64,000 nt of DNA from a virus (Duplodnaviria; Caudoviricetes). Of the stretch, positions 29,310 to 37,388 are shown in pieces. How positions within the stretch are numbered: the stretch's first letter is position 1; each line of letters begins with the position of its first letter. The stretch covers positions 1 to 64,000 of IMG/VR virus record IMGVR_UViG_3300028833_000118; one strand, written 5' to 3'. The notes under the pieces are model-generated. The model saw only the letters and a list, made by a program, of their open reading frames with translations, had not been told where the DNA came from and did not search any database. A program made the position numbers and the translations under genes.

Positions 29310-30095
29310 TCACACTCCCTTTATAGGCACATGGATTATAGGATTATAATCCAACGTCTTTCTCGTTTTCTTCTGATTGTGGTTATCTGTCGTATCATTC
29401 TTTACGATCTTCTTACCCCACTTTTTCTGTAGGGCTTTTAACTGTTGCTCTTCACGTTCCAGATTCCTATATGTGGCGCATCCTCCGGCCTGTTTCGACT
29501 GTTTACAATCATAATGGATTTTGTTCACTCTCAGACAGCCACGATACATCTCACAATTCTGCAACGTCATATCATAATCTTCCTTTAACGGAAGGTTCTC
29601 ATCATATCTCAAGGGGTTTCCATGAAGGAACGCCTGAAACGGCCCACCAATATACGATATCGTGCTGAAAGGAGTCGCCTGTCTATATGACAACGCATCC
29701 ATATTACACATGACTCCCCAATACTTGAATCCGAAATCATCGCACAGAATCGTATACTTCTCTATCATCCATAGAAACTCATCTGCATCTATCGGTATAT
29801 CATCATACCCATATACGCCTTTCGGCTCGAATCTCCCCATGATCTTCAAATCATCATCCACGATTACCACCACATCATTATCCGGTAGTTCTTTGTCTAA
29901 GATATAATTCCGAATCCGGCACAGATTTCCTTGCACTTCATTCGGCACCGAAATGATGTTTTCCTCATACCCCTTATTGGCTTTCAAATAATCCTTATAC
30001 TCATTTTCCGCTACCCAGACCTTGCAATACGGCAGATATTCCAACGTCTCTACATACGGTCTCTTATACGAAGGACAATTAATGCTGATGTTCAT
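29310..30095 (-). CDS. GT-A fold glycosyltransferase (TET-associated/GREB1-like type)
   Basis: PSYKRP, VIVDDD and KEDYD motifs, with a GGC near the C-terminus. Confidence 0.7.
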   Translation of the reverse strand: MNISINCPSYKRPYVETLEYLPYCKVWVAENEYKDYLKANKGYEENIISVPNEVQGNLCRIRNYILDKELPDNDVVVIVDDDLKIMGRFEPKGVYGYDDIPIDADEFLWMIEKYTILCDDFGFKYWGVMCNMDALSYRQATPFSTISYIGGPFQAFLHGNPLRYDENLPLKEDYDMTLQNCEMYRGCLRVNKIHYDCKQSKQAGGCATYRNLEREEQQLKALQKKWGKKIVKNDTTDNHNQKKTRKTLDYNPIIHVPIKGV

Positions 30096-30747
30096 AATGC
30101 TCCCTCAGCTTCTCCAACGCCACATTACCCTTGAGAACTCTGCCGATTCCCCTTCTCTGCATATTGGCCTTTACTACTCCGTCTTTTCTTGTACTCAGAT
30201 TCTTTACTTCCTTGATATCGAACAAAGACTCGGCCTGCAGCCAATCCACCTCATTGTCGAAATACAACACCAAATAATTGTGATCTTCCCCCAACACTTC
30301 GGTGAAAGGCACATCCCCCTTCTCTTCTTCCTTTTCCTTGGCTTTCTCATCCATGGCAAGGTCGAACCCGAACATCTCCATGTCGATATTGATAATGGCA
30401 TTCAATTCCCCATTCAACAATTCAAGATCCCAATTGCTTAATTCAGCCGTCTTGTTGTGGGCTAATGCATACGCCCTTCTCTGCTCTTCATTCAAATGAT
30501 CCAACCGAATAACGGGTACTTTCTCCATTCCAAGCTGTTTCGCCGCAAGAAGTCTGCCATGCCCTTCGACAATGACATTCTCGTCTCCCCATATTCCTAT
30601 CGGATCATCAAAACCGAATTCCTTTATTGAATTCGCTATCGCCAGAACATCCCACTCATGGTGCTCTCTGGCATTGTCCTCATACGCCATGATTTCATCT
30701 ACCGGCAAATACTCTATTTTGAGCTCCGCCTCTTTAACGACCTCCAT
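30079..30747 (-). CDS. ParB N-terminal domain protein
   Basis: NAREH, SIKEFGFDDPI and EGHGRLLAA motifs; ATG at 30747 with AGGAGG RBS. Confidence 0.85.
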   Translation of the reverse strand: MEVVKEAELKIEYLPVDEIMAYEDNAREHHEWDVLAIANSIKEFGFDDPIGIWGDENVIVEGHGRLLAAKQLGMEKVPVIRLDHLNEEQRRAYALAHNKTAELSNWDLELLNGELNAIINIDMEMFGFDLAMDEKAKEKEEEKGDVPFTEVLGEDHNYLVLYFDNEVDWLQAESLFDIKEVKNLSTRKDGVVKANMQRRGIGRVLKGNVALEKLREHYEHQH

Positions 30748-30948
30748 GATTGACCTCCTAAAATAATAAATCCCCGCTGTTTCCGGCACAGACGGGGGAA
30801 GCCTTTATACACCCCAAACTATCAGTAAAGGGCTATTTTCTCCACGAATTACACTTTTCCGATAATTACTGGCGAAAATAATACACACCGGCAAATTCTC
30901 CCGAAATTACCGATGTGTACTACCTTTTCGGTGACTCCACCGATATGG

Positions 30949-31134
30949 TCAGAACTCGCACTTATCTTCACCGCAACCGCAACCTTTTTCTGACGGCATC
31001 TTCATGACTTCCTCATGCAATTTATCCAACAAATCATTGATTTCCCTTTTCCATGTATAGAAACGAGAAATCAAACCAAGAACTTTTGCCTTATCGATCA
31101 AATCATTCATTTTTTCCTCCAGATGAACTAACAA
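30949..31134 (-). CDS. Hypothetical protein
   Basis: 61-aa ORF in strand and spacing context. Confidence 0.45.
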   Translation of the reverse strand: MLVHLEEKMNDLIDKAKVLGLISRFYTWKREINDLLDKLHEEVMKMPSEKGCGCGEDKCEF

Positions 31135-31191
31135 AATCTAAATTTCTGCTAACAAATCTTCAAAATCTTCTAATTTCATATAACTATACTT

Positions 31192-31392
31192 TCAATATCC
31201 CAATCTTCTCAAACTCTCATCCACGCATTTCCATATCTCCAACGGAAATCTACGGGCATTTAACATCCCTACCAAAACCCTGATCCCTATATTGTCTGGA
31301 CATTCCTTCTCCAATTTCCCTAATCCAATCCCATTTTTCCTCGCTTCATTGATCCGCCTTATAATATCTTTCTTGTACTCTGATTCTTGCAT
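31192..31392 (-). CDS. Small hypothetical protein
   Basis: 66 aa directly downstream of a leader-bearing gene. Confidence 0.55.
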   Translation of the reverse strand: MQESEYKKDIIRRINEARKNGIGLGKLEKECPDNIGIRVLVGMLNARRFPLEIWKCVDESLRRLGY

Positions 31393-31409
31393 TTCTACAT
31401 TCCTCAGAA

Positions 31410-31943
31410 TTATTCCTTCACCTTTTTGGCACCATTAGCGATAAACTTTTCAACATTCGCTCGGCTCATTTCTACCGGCCTACTTGATCCGCCCATCCAT
31501 TGCAACGCCATTTTCCCACGGCTTCGCACTACTTTAAATTTTGATCCGCCACTTCCGAATCCTCCTCCGGCAGAATATACGTCTCCCTCATTGGCATTCT
31601 TCATAAATCTATCTATCGTTTCTTTTCTTTTCTTTTTTTCTTCTGCCGTAGCATATTTCACTCCGCCTACTCGAAATACCACCGGAATCTTCTCATATAC
31701 ATCATCCCCACCAGAAATAACCCGCGCTCCATTCTTAGGCTCGGCCTCTTTTTCCGGCAAATCTTCTACCTTAATAGCCCTGTTCTTATTTGACAACCCG
31801 CGCAATTTTTCAGGCCCCTTGGTGATGTTCTTATCATCATCCACCATTACATGAGTTCCCTTTATGGTAATCCAATCATCATCCATGCGCTTTTTCAGCC
31901 TTGAATCTCTTCGCTCTTTATATTTCTTTACCGACTCATCCAT
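31410..31943 (-). CDS. Leader-bearing protein, cargo unknown
   Basis: N-terminus nearly identical to that of 13052-15877 (KKRMD.DWITI.GTHV.VDD.KNI..GP.KLR). Confidence 0.7.
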   Translation of the reverse strand: MDESVKKYKERRDSRLKKRMDDDWITIKGTHVMVDDDKNITKGPEKLRGLSNKNRAIKVEDLPEKEAEPKNGARVISGGDDVYEKIPVVFRVGGVKYATAEEKKKRKETIDRFMKNANEGDVYSAGGGFGSGGSKFKVVRSRGKMALQWMGGSSRPVEMSRANVEKFIANGAKKVKE

Positions 31944-31946
31944 TGA

Positions 31947-32543
31947 TTATCCCCCTATAATCAATTCACTATACGGCAACGTCTCGATCCATTCACAAAA
32001 CGCTCTCCACTCCGGGAGCCTATGCGTCTTTCTCTGCTTATAGATCGTTTTCAACTGTCTATAATTGGTTGTCATCCCCGCTGTCAACTTGAACCCGGCT
32101 GGATTGCTATACAAGATCTCCAGATACTTCTTTTTCTTTTCCTCCGGCTGGAATATATCGATCATCGAATTATACTCATTGATCTTCTCTTTCATGATAT
32201 CTATGATCCTCTGATCTACATACTCATTATAAGATTTATCCAGATCGAACTTTGTAATCCGATGCATGGTTGACTCGGAACTGATAATATCCGCAAAATG
32301 ATATCGTTCCATCTCTACCCACGCCTTATTTGTAAACGTCAAATCGAACTGGACCACAATTCCCAAAAGGAAATTATCATGCCCTTCACCGATCCGACTT
32401 TTTGCCAACACCTTGATCCCATCCGTCAGCTCATTGTTGACAGACTCCGAATCAACCGACATAGGAAATTTCGCTCTCCGAAAACTGTCCTCCAGACCAT
32501 ACACCTGTGCATGGCTTACGCAAGAACAACCTTTGACCTCCAT
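31947..32543 (-). CDS. ThyX-like (flavin-dependent thymidylate synthase fold) protein, divergent
   Basis: EMERYHFADIISSESTMHR and TTNYRQL...R..HRLPEW resemble degenerate ThyX motifs. Confidence 0.45.
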   Translation of the reverse strand: MEVKGCSCVSHAQVYGLEDSFRRAKFPMSVDSESVNNELTDGIKVLAKSRIGEGHDNFLLGIVVQFDLTFTNKAWVEMERYHFADIISSESTMHRITKFDLDKSYNEYVDQRIIDIMKEKINEYNSMIDIFQPEEKKKKYLEILYSNPAGFKLTAGMTTNYRQLKTIYKQRKTHRLPEWRAFCEWIETLPYSELIIGG

Positions 32544-32561
32544 ATAATCCTCCCGATAAAT

Positions 32562-32595
32562 AACAAAAGCCCGGTCACTTCTCGACCGAGCTTTT
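32562..32595. terminator. Intrinsic terminator, possibly bidirectional
   Basis: aaaagcccggtc/gaccgagctttt stem with T runs on both strands. Confidence 0.7.
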
Positions 32596-32675
32596 CTTTT
32601 CTTCTTTTGGCTTTTTCTTAATCACAATAACATCGCTGTCTGTGAACCTCGAAATATTCTTATCTTCCTCTTTCT

Positions 32676-33581
32676 TCATACTTCCTCCACCTCTAACATC
32701 ACATACTTGCTATTTTTGAACGCTGCCTTATTGATCTTTAACTGCTGATTTATCATATTCATCATTGACCTTTCCCTATCGGTCAGATCTTTCTTCTCAC
32801 TATACTCTTTAACCAACTCATTGGCAAGGTCAAACTTTGAATACACCTTTTTCCCTACAACTCTCCACTTACTCGTGCTTGGCGCTAACACCTCCGCCTC
32901 ATAATCCCTAAATCGGCTCAAATGCTGCACACCCACCGCACTCTTATTATTCTTACACACCAACATCACACTTGACATTGATGGCCTATCCACTTCTGCA
33001 AAATCTCTCGCCGCCGTTTTATCGCTGCTCCAACTTGATACAGACTTCATCTCTACCTCATCGCCATCCTCAAGATCGGCGAATCGATCCACATCTCCCT
33101 TTCCATTCCAATCCGTAAAACTCATTCCACGATAGATTTCCCCATCATACGTTCCCATTCTGGCGAGTCCATCATCTATAATCTTCTCTTGATCTTTCTT
33201 CTTCCCCTCTGTGAACTCTCTATAATCCCCACCGAAATATCCCATCAACGTCTGATGCAATTTTTTTGCTTCTTTTTGCGAATACCCAGTCTCATCCATG
33301 ATGCTATCCAACGCCTTTTTATTAAACGCCGTCAGATCCTTATCCGGCACTCTCCCCCCCTTTGCTTCAACCTGTCCTCTTCTTTCTCCATTCTTCTTAC
33401 CATTCGCCGGGATATATTTATCTATTACATAGAAGTCCCCCTTCACCGGGCCTCCCACCGCTTTCCCATCCTTCACCGGGACATGAACCCCATTTTTCAA
33501 CGTGATCCAATCCAACTTATCAAATCTTTCTTCTAACCTCTTCTTCCGCCTCTTTTGATATCTCTTTACAGCATCATCCAC
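32676..33581 (-). CDS. Leader-bearing ADP-ribosyltransferase (R-S-E, VIP2/exotoxin-like)
   Basis: IYRGM, VSSWSS and EAEVL motifs; GTG start at 33581 gives MDDAVKRYQKRR. Confidence 0.8.
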   Translation of the reverse strand: MDDAVKRYQKRRKKRLEERFDKLDWITLKNGVHVPVKDGKAVGGPVKGDFYVIDKYIPANGKKNGERRGQVEAKGGRVPDKDLTAFNKKALDSIMDETGYSQKEAKKLHQTLMGYFGGDYREFTEGKKKDQEKIIDDGLARMGTYDGEIYRGMSFTDWNGKGDVDRFADLEDGDEVEMKSVSSWSSDKTAARDFAEVDRPSMSSVMLVCKNNKSAVGVQHLSRFRDYEAEVLAPSTSKWRVVGKKVYSKFDLANELVKEYSEKKDLTDRERSMMNMINQQLKINKAAFKNSKYVMLEVEEV

Positions 33582-33930
33582 TCTCCACCACCTCTTTTCT
33601 CTCGACCCCATACACAGCCTCTATGAATCGATCCGCATTCTCTATTGACGGATTCTTTCTATACTCATCTGCCGCAGACTCGATCTCTTTCCACATCCTC
33701 GAATGATGACCGACGATCTTTTTCGCATATACCAACACATCATTATCTGCCTTGAATCTCTTCAACGCATCTTTCTTCTGATTTTCACCCTCAGATCTTG
33801 TTATCTCTCCCGCACGAAATCTTCCATACGAATCTTTCAACTCCCAATATAACGCTCTCTCCGCACAATTCATCTCGATTTCCGGCATCTTTCCACTCGC
33901 CGCATACTTACTGATTTCTTCCCCTGTCAT
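33574..33930 (-). CDS. Hypothetical protein
   Basis: 118-aa ORF coupled to its neighbours. Confidence 0.6.
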   Translation of the reverse strand: MTGEEISKYAASGKMPEIEMNCAERALYWELKDSYGRFRAGEITRSEGENQKKDALKRFKADNDVLVYAKKIVGHHSRMWKEIESAADEYRKNPSIENADRFIEAVYGVERKEVVESG

Positions 33931-33934
33931 CTTC

Positions 33935-34393
33935 TCACCCCACCTTATAAACTCTCAATTCGCACCCATCCAACACCTTCATTTCCGGCCTCACTATCCT
34001 CTCCCATCCCAATTCTCTTTCTACAGCATCCCAGAACCCCTTAGCTCCATCATTCCTATCAAGGATATATAAACACACATCCCCATTCCAACCTTCCACA
34101 AGGCCCCTTGCAGCCTCCAATCCAACTTTCCTATTTCTCTCATCCTTTGCTATATAGAACTCACTGATATATAAGATCTTTTTCCTTCCCCTGAATGAAA
34201 CTTCATTCTTGCACACGAACCCGCACAACACCCCACCATCGACAATGAAATCCGCATCCCACATTGTCTTGCTCCACATATCCTCATCCCATACGATCCT
34301 TCGATCATATTCACTGAGCTCATCTACATATTCTTTTGCCAAACATATAAAGAATCCCCTGTCTTTATGGCAGGGGACAAACTCTATGCTCAT
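33935..34393 (-). CDS. GNAT-family acetyltransferase (probable)
   Basis: ISEFYIAKDERNRKVG (motif A-like) and N..A..FW. Confidence 0.65.
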   Translation of the reverse strand: MSIEFVPCHKDRGFFICLAKEYVDELSEYDRRIVWDEDMWSKTMWDADFIVDGGVLCGFVCKNEVSFRGRKKILYISEFYIAKDERNRKVGLEAARGLVEGWNGDVCLYILDRNDGAKGFWDAVERELGWERIVRPEMKVLDGCELRVYKVG

Positions 34394-34635
34394 CCGGCTA
34401 TCTCCCTCATTAATTTTCTCCCCCTTTTTTGCCCTTCACTTCTTCTGCGCCGGCTTTCTTCATCATAAGCCTTTTCATATTTTCTCATGCAATTCCACCC
34501 ACAAAAATACTTGATATTCCCATTCGCATGATGGTCGGCTTTTTTATATGTCCACATCCCTATCACCGGTACAAACACATTCTTCCCGCATACTTCACAT
34601 TGGCACAGTACCGACTTATCCTGCTTCGACTCCAT
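34390..34635 (-). CDS. Small Cys-rich (zinc-binding) protein
   Basis: CEVCG...YFCGWNC. Confidence 0.6.
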   Translation of the reverse strand: MESKQDKSVLCQCEVCGKNVFVPVIGMWTYKKADHHANGNIKYFCGWNCMRKYEKAYDEESRRRRSEGQKRGRKLMREIAG

Positions 34636-34651
34636 TAATGACCTCCTATAA

Positions 34652-34678
34652 TTAAAAATGCGGGATTTTCACCCGCGC
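34652..34678 (-). terminator. Intrinsic terminator downstream of the tRNA pair
   Basis: GCGGG-TGAAAAT-CCCGC then ATTTTT. Confidence 0.6.
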
Positions 34679-35045
34679 TGCTTGTTTCAGCCCACGGCTC
34701 ACGCTCCATGAGTCATCAACCTTGTGGCAAGGAGTAAAACAAAAGAAGAGAACCATCAATATTTGATTTTCTTGCCTATCTTGATCTCATATAGCCATCC
34801 CATTTTCACTCGGCACCTATCGCAATAATCTCTTTCATTCGACCATATCAGATAAACCCGATATCCCGCCTCACGATACTCAGATAAGCAAGAAGGGCAA
34901 AGTGTGCGAATATCTTTTCCACCCCGCACTCCTCATTCCCCCTTACGAAACGTCGCTGTGCGGTTAAGCACAGCGACATTCGTCATCTATAAGGGAAACC
35001 ACAAGAAACTTTCAATCCGAAAGCACTTATCAGGAAATCCCTTTT

Positions 35046-35119
35046 TGGAGCGCCAAAGGGGAATCGAACCCCTACACTCAGATTGGAAATCTGACAGACT
35101 ACCATTATCCTACTGGCGC
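35046..35119 (-). tRNA. tRNA-Gly(TCC), CCA encoded
   Basis: Acceptor GCGCCAG/TTGGCGC, anticodon stem TCAGA/TCTGA, TTCGA T-loop; D-stem weak. Confidence 0.9.
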
Positions 35120-35260
35120 ATATCGTACGGGGCCGATGTACTCATGTTCGGTCTGTGCGAAAGGTCATTCCTCTCTGGGGCACAGACACTTTCCACCGGC
35201 TTTTCATTCTCTGTTGGTGTTGCCCGCGCAGCCAACATCATCCGGGAGCGACCCGGCCTC

Positions 35261-35348
35261 TGGCGCTTGCGGTAGGATTTGAACCCACAAGGACTTCCAT
35301 CCTCTCTCGGTTTTCAAGACCGGGCAGTTACCATTACTGTACGCAAGC
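35261..35348 (-). tRNA. tRNA-Ser(TGA), CCA encoded
   Basis: Acceptor GCTTGCG/CGCAAGC, loop CTTGAAA, long variable arm, G73. Confidence 0.9.
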
Positions 35349-35474
35349 ATTAAAATCGGCCGCCTCTCCACTCATGCCGATTGTCTGTGTCGTACACAGC
35401 AGATTGGCGGTCGCGAGAACATAGACCAGATCCCGACACCCGGTCTATTCAAGAACACATCCGCGAACGGCCTA

Positions 35475-36092
35475 CTATGCTCTTTCGTTTTTTATTTTTA
35501 CTTCACCAAAACATATCCCATTTTTCAAGATCTGCTCCCCGATATCATTTCCGCCTTCTGCACCATCCGGTGTTCCCACCAAATACAAAGTAGGCATATC
35601 TCCATAAGCATATTGCCCGACAAGATTTATCGCTTTTTCCAAATCTTCTTTTTTTAAGCCGCCATTCCCATCTTTAATCCCTACCGTTGATACTCCATCT
35701 AATTCTCCCGCATCCCACATTCCTTTTCTTTTACTGAACTTGGCTTCTTCTCCCCACTCTCTCGGATCATCTTGATACCATTGATGCGAATTCTTAAACA
35801 CATGCCCCGCCTTTTTCCCCGGCTTATCTGCTCGCAACCCGAAACTCCACCATTGTCCTGATTTTTCATAATAATCATTTATCAGATCTGCCACATCTTG
35901 CAGATCATCAAATGTTTTTGAAAATTTACCTACAGGCCCACTTTCAAAATCAAAATTACCGTCACCGGAATTATCAACCCCTCCAGATGAAATGAACCTC
36001 CCATTTTCCCCTCTTGGATGCTTGCTCGAATTCCACTCTTTTTCATCCATCCTTCTTTTTCGCCTTTTTCTGTATTTTTCTACCGCATCCAT
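35475..36092 (-). CDS. Leader-bearing HPR-motif protein, cargo unassigned
   Basis: MDAVEKYRKRRKRRMDE then KHPRGENGRF. Confidence 0.7.
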   Translation of the reverse strand: MDAVEKYRKRRKRRMDEKEWNSSKHPRGENGRFISSGGVDNSGDGNFDFESGPVGKFSKTFDDLQDVADLINDYYEKSGQWWSFGLRADKPGKKAGHVFKNSHQWYQDDPREWGEEAKFSKRKGMWDAGELDGVSTVGIKDGNGGLKKEDLEKAINLVGQYAYGDMPTLYLVGTPDGAEGGNDIGEQILKNGICFGEVKIKNERA

Positions 36093-36258
36093 ACATCTAC
36101 CCCCTCAATGTACTTTCATCTCGGTTTTCCTTTTGGCAGACCGAAAACTGCCATCCCGTTTCTCCCAATTATTCTACCATACCAAGAAATAAGAGGGAAC
36201 TATAACACTTCAATCCCCCACGCATAACGCAAGGTTTCAAGGCAAGGCAAACATCAAA

Positions 36259-36489
36259 TCAATACAACAAACTCAGATTTTCGGCCGCTGTACTGATGCA
36301 ATATCCGAACGCAATTTTCTCATTCGGATTCTTTTTGAACCTCTCGACTCCCTCTTTATAGAACTTCTCCATGATCTCCACGCTGTCATCTTCTTCAAGA
36401 TACTTTTCAAGATCCTCCGGGTCATCCGCTTTTCTCTCATCGACTAACTCTTTCAAACATCTCTTCTTAAACTCTTTGAACGAAATCAC
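36259..36489 (-). CDS. Small partner protein
   Basis: 76 aa overlapping the stop of the upstream leader-bearing gene. Confidence 0.55.
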   Translation of the reverse strand: MISFKEFKKRCLKELVDERKADDPEDLEKYLEEDDSVEIMEKFYKEGVERFKKNPNEKIAFGYCISTAAENLSLLY

Positions 36490-37244
36490 AACTTCCCATC
36501 CCTTTCTTTGTATGCCTCATCATATTCTTTTGGCTCCGCCATTTTCATAAACTCTTCAATCGGCGTTGTGTTGACTTTACCGGTATATTTGAAAAATACT
36601 ATTGGCTCTCTCTTTACCGCAAGTTGTTCGTCTCCCGGCTTTTCCTTCATGCCATTCCACTGTTCTCTCGTAAACCCATTCGCTTCAAGCCAATCATCAT
36701 TCGCATATTCATCATCCCACTTCGTCCAACTCACAGGCTCGAATCCGCACTTTTGATAGAACCCATATATTCCGGCATAAGCATCCAACTTATTTCCACC
36801 GGCTTTGACGGCATCTGCAAGTATATCTCTTCCCCTATCTCCCTTTTCAGCATTCGCGGCAACACTCACGATATCCGTCCCATGCAACGCAAAGGTTGAT
36901 CCATTCTCATTCATATACTTGTCCATTCCCTTGTAATCATCGGCAGAATAATCATCACTCACACGCCATCTTTTGTCCGGCTTCATCCCACTTCTCAATT
37001 TGGAAAATCCACCTTTGAAATCGACCGCAGAGCTCGTTTTCCCAAATTTTGGCGTTGATCCTCTCGGCTTCGGTTCGGCCTTTACCGCTCCACCGCCATT
37101 ACCGGGCGCGAACTTTCCATCTTCATCTCTAGGATGCTTTTTTTCTTCCCAATCAACGTCTAACCGAAAACCTCGTTTCTTTAACCGCCCATCTCTCCGA
37201 ATTTTATATTTTTTGATTGCTCTTTTATCCACCATAAGTGTCAC
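36486..37244 (-). CDS. Leader-bearing HPR-motif protein with a GNAT-like C-terminal domain (likely start 37235)
   Basis: KHPRDEDGKF; G.DIL..AV..GGNKLD...GFYQKCGF pattern. Confidence 0.6.
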   Translation of the reverse strand: MTLMVDKRAIKKYKIRRDGRLKKRGFRLDVDWEEKKHPRDEDGKFAPGNGGGAVKAEPKPRGSTPKFGKTSSAVDFKGGFSKLRSGMKPDKRWRVSDDYSADDYKGMDKYMNENGSTFALHGTDIVSVAANAEKGDRGRDILADAVKAGGNKLDAYAGIYGFYQKCGFEPVSWTKWDDEYANDDWLEANGFTREQWNGMKEKPGDEQLAVKREPIVFFKYTGKVNTTPIEEFMKMAEPKEYDEAYKERDGKL

Positions 37245-37247
37245 CTC

Positions 37248-37283
37248 AAAAAGAAAAAGAGCAACCGATCACCGGCTGCTCTT
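37248..37283 (-). terminator. Intrinsic terminator between the candidate late promoter and the first late gene
   Basis: AAGAGCAGCCGG-TGA-TCGGTTGCTCTT then TTTCTTTTT. Confidence 0.85.
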
Positions 37284-37307
37284 AATTTATTTCATGTATT
37301 TATAAAA

Positions 37308-37329
37308 ATCCACGATATAAATTATAGCA
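37308..37329 (-). promoter_or_regulatory. Candidate late promoter (extended -10)
   Basis: TGCTATAATTTATATCGTGGAT. Confidence 0.6.
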
Positions 37330-37388
37330 GAAACGGCTGACACTTTGATGAACTTTTTGTTAATTATACCAAACCCTATTGACAACCA

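Noticed and set aside
35129-35151. Pseudoknot directly upstream of tRNA-Gly (CCGA/TCGG crossing GTAC/GTAC)
   Set aside because: Only 4+4 bp and it competes with a longer closing helix; within chance expectation.
35120-35470. HDV-like/theta ribozyme next to tRNAs (also tested after the three tRNAs at 61490-62325)
   Set aside because: The crossing helices lack the P3-L3, P1.1 and P4-J4/2 order needed for the HDV fold, and no P1 starts properly at a tRNA 3' end.
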